From positions 34,784,745-34,848,744 of the forward strand of contig NC_090401.1 in NCBI RefSeq assembly GCF_036365525.1: DNA of 64,000 nucleotides. Reading direction: 5' to 3'. Below are positions 62,401 to 64,000 of this stretch, one piece after another. The position numbers and the translations under genes are program-made. The DNA is from Heterodontus francisci. Taxonomy: Eukaryota. The notes below the pieces were generated by a model, which had not been told where the DNA came from, did not search any database, and saw only the letters and a list, made by a program, of their open reading frames with translations. Position 1 is the first letter of the stretch. Every line of letters begins with the position of its first letter.

Positions 62401-64000
62401 TTTGGAGTTTTAAATCCTGATATAAGGGGCATATGGTCAATTTCAATTTTATTTCCTCTGCCATTTTTCCCCTCTTTCTCTCCCCTGTGGACAGTTTTGA
62501 TGGAGACTTTTTAAGTAAAATTCTCCTGCAGTGACAGTCCACAACCCTTTTCTTCCAGGCTGATGCAAGTTGATAGCTTCACAATGCAAGATGTGACAAA
62601 TAAGAGACTGAGCAATGTGAATAAAGTTCTCTTTATATTGTCATTTATTAGTGTATCCTTTTGTCTTGTATGATTATTAAGAAGGTACCTACAGCAGACT
62701 GAAATTTTAAAAATATATTTTTGACCTCTGCTTCTTATGGCAAGTTGGCAGTTTTAAAAGATGGTGCCAGATTTTGGGATTTGGAAAGAAAGTTACTTCT
62801 ATCTAGTTTTTAAAAAACATAGTATATCTAGACAAGACTGAGACAATGAATAGTTGTGATACCAATGAGCCAGCCGTGGTTTCTTTTTTGGTTCCATCTT
62901 TGACTAAATTAGCAAACTGTTGGCCTGTCTTGGCAATCATAGAAACCTCTAGTATTCAGTCTTTGGTCCCCTTCTCTGGTTTGAAGGGCACATTCTGAAG
63001 TAGGATAGCTGTGAGGGCAGTCAGGTTTGTATAAATATAAACCAGTTAAGTGCAGCTACTTAGTGACATGCCTGTAGCCTTGCAAAAACTGAGTGAGAAT
63101 ATTACATGGATGTTTGTAACACAGAGTGCTAGTGTAAGGATGTGCTTATCTTTTTATTTGTGCTTGCTACAAATATTACTTCCAATACTGAGGATCTCCA
63201 CTTGTAAGAGTAACTGAAAGCATTCCCCCCACCCCCCTCAAAATTTGCAGCAACTTGATTGGAGCATTTTTTGTAACATTTTTAATTTTTTTAAACTGCA
63301 CTTATTTTCCCTGTTATTTGCTGATTTGTGGTATAGAATCTTGCAGCACAGAAGACGGCCAGTCAGCCTCTTTGAAGCTATCCAGTTAGTCCACTACTTA
63401 CTCACTTCCCAAATCCCTATAGATTTTTCCTTTTTAAATATTTACCCAATTCAGTGTCAGTACTTTCAGGCAGTGCATTCCAAATCACAACAGCATGTTA
63501 CATTTCCTGCCTTAAATATATTGATATCCATCAGCTATAACTGATGCAGTTTGCCATAGGAAAATGAGGTGGAAAGAATGCGCACATGTGCATTTTGAAT
63601 TGCTATATTTTTTTAGCAAATCTCCTGCAGCATTGCTTATGTTAAACCAACTCTGTTATCTATAATGACAAGAGTTAGACTATGCAAGAAATTTTAATTT
63701 GCACTAAGATTCAAATTGCTAGTGCTTTGCCCCTCTCCATTTGCCTAAGAACGAAGGAAGTTTCCAGCTGGTTATTTAATATTACAGTACATGCTTTGTT
63801 CACCTGCAATTTAATCCAAACTTTTTTTTAAAAAGTAACTGAGCAGAGTATTTGGCAGCTGTGCAGCGGCAGTCAGAATAACCAACTGAAATGTTTGCTT
63901 GTTTGACATTTGCTTAAGGCTGTTTGTCACAAGCATTTAAAATTTAAAACGTACCAATGGCGGCTGTCAAGTAGAATCTCCCTTATTATTGGAATGGATT

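Overview
Vertebrate genomic DNA, very probably a shark or other elasmobranch (inferred from HE1-like V-SINEs, a Deu-domain SINE, HER1/CR1 LINEs and shark-type Penelope-like elements). Three spliced genes lie on the + strand. They are the last four coding exons of HMGCL (3411-9817, ending in the PTS1 tripeptide CKL), complete PITHD1 (6 exons, 18678-30324, 208 aa) and complete LYPLA2/APT2 (non-coding exon 1 ending at 39877, 9 coding exons 45069-57837, 231 aa). The rest is mostly transposon debris: CR1, L2, RTE, a second CR1-group LINE, SINEs, a Harbinger MITE, an hAT element and a decayed Penelope-like element (PLE). Most notable: (1) about a dozen short PLE-terminus copies, many carrying a minimal type I hammerhead ribozyme motif with compensatory covariation; three are 90-155 bp units with 13-15 bp target-site duplications, one sitting in the PITHD1 promoter; (2) two consecutive GC-AG introns in HMGCL; (3) substitutions in the APT2 beta-tongue and catalytic-His loop; (4) a gene order that differs from human. 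Exon coordinates were derived by hand from splice sites and reading frame. Repeat boundaries are approximate unless TSDs or TIRs are quoted. Comparisons with human proteins and repeat consensi are from recall, not a database search.
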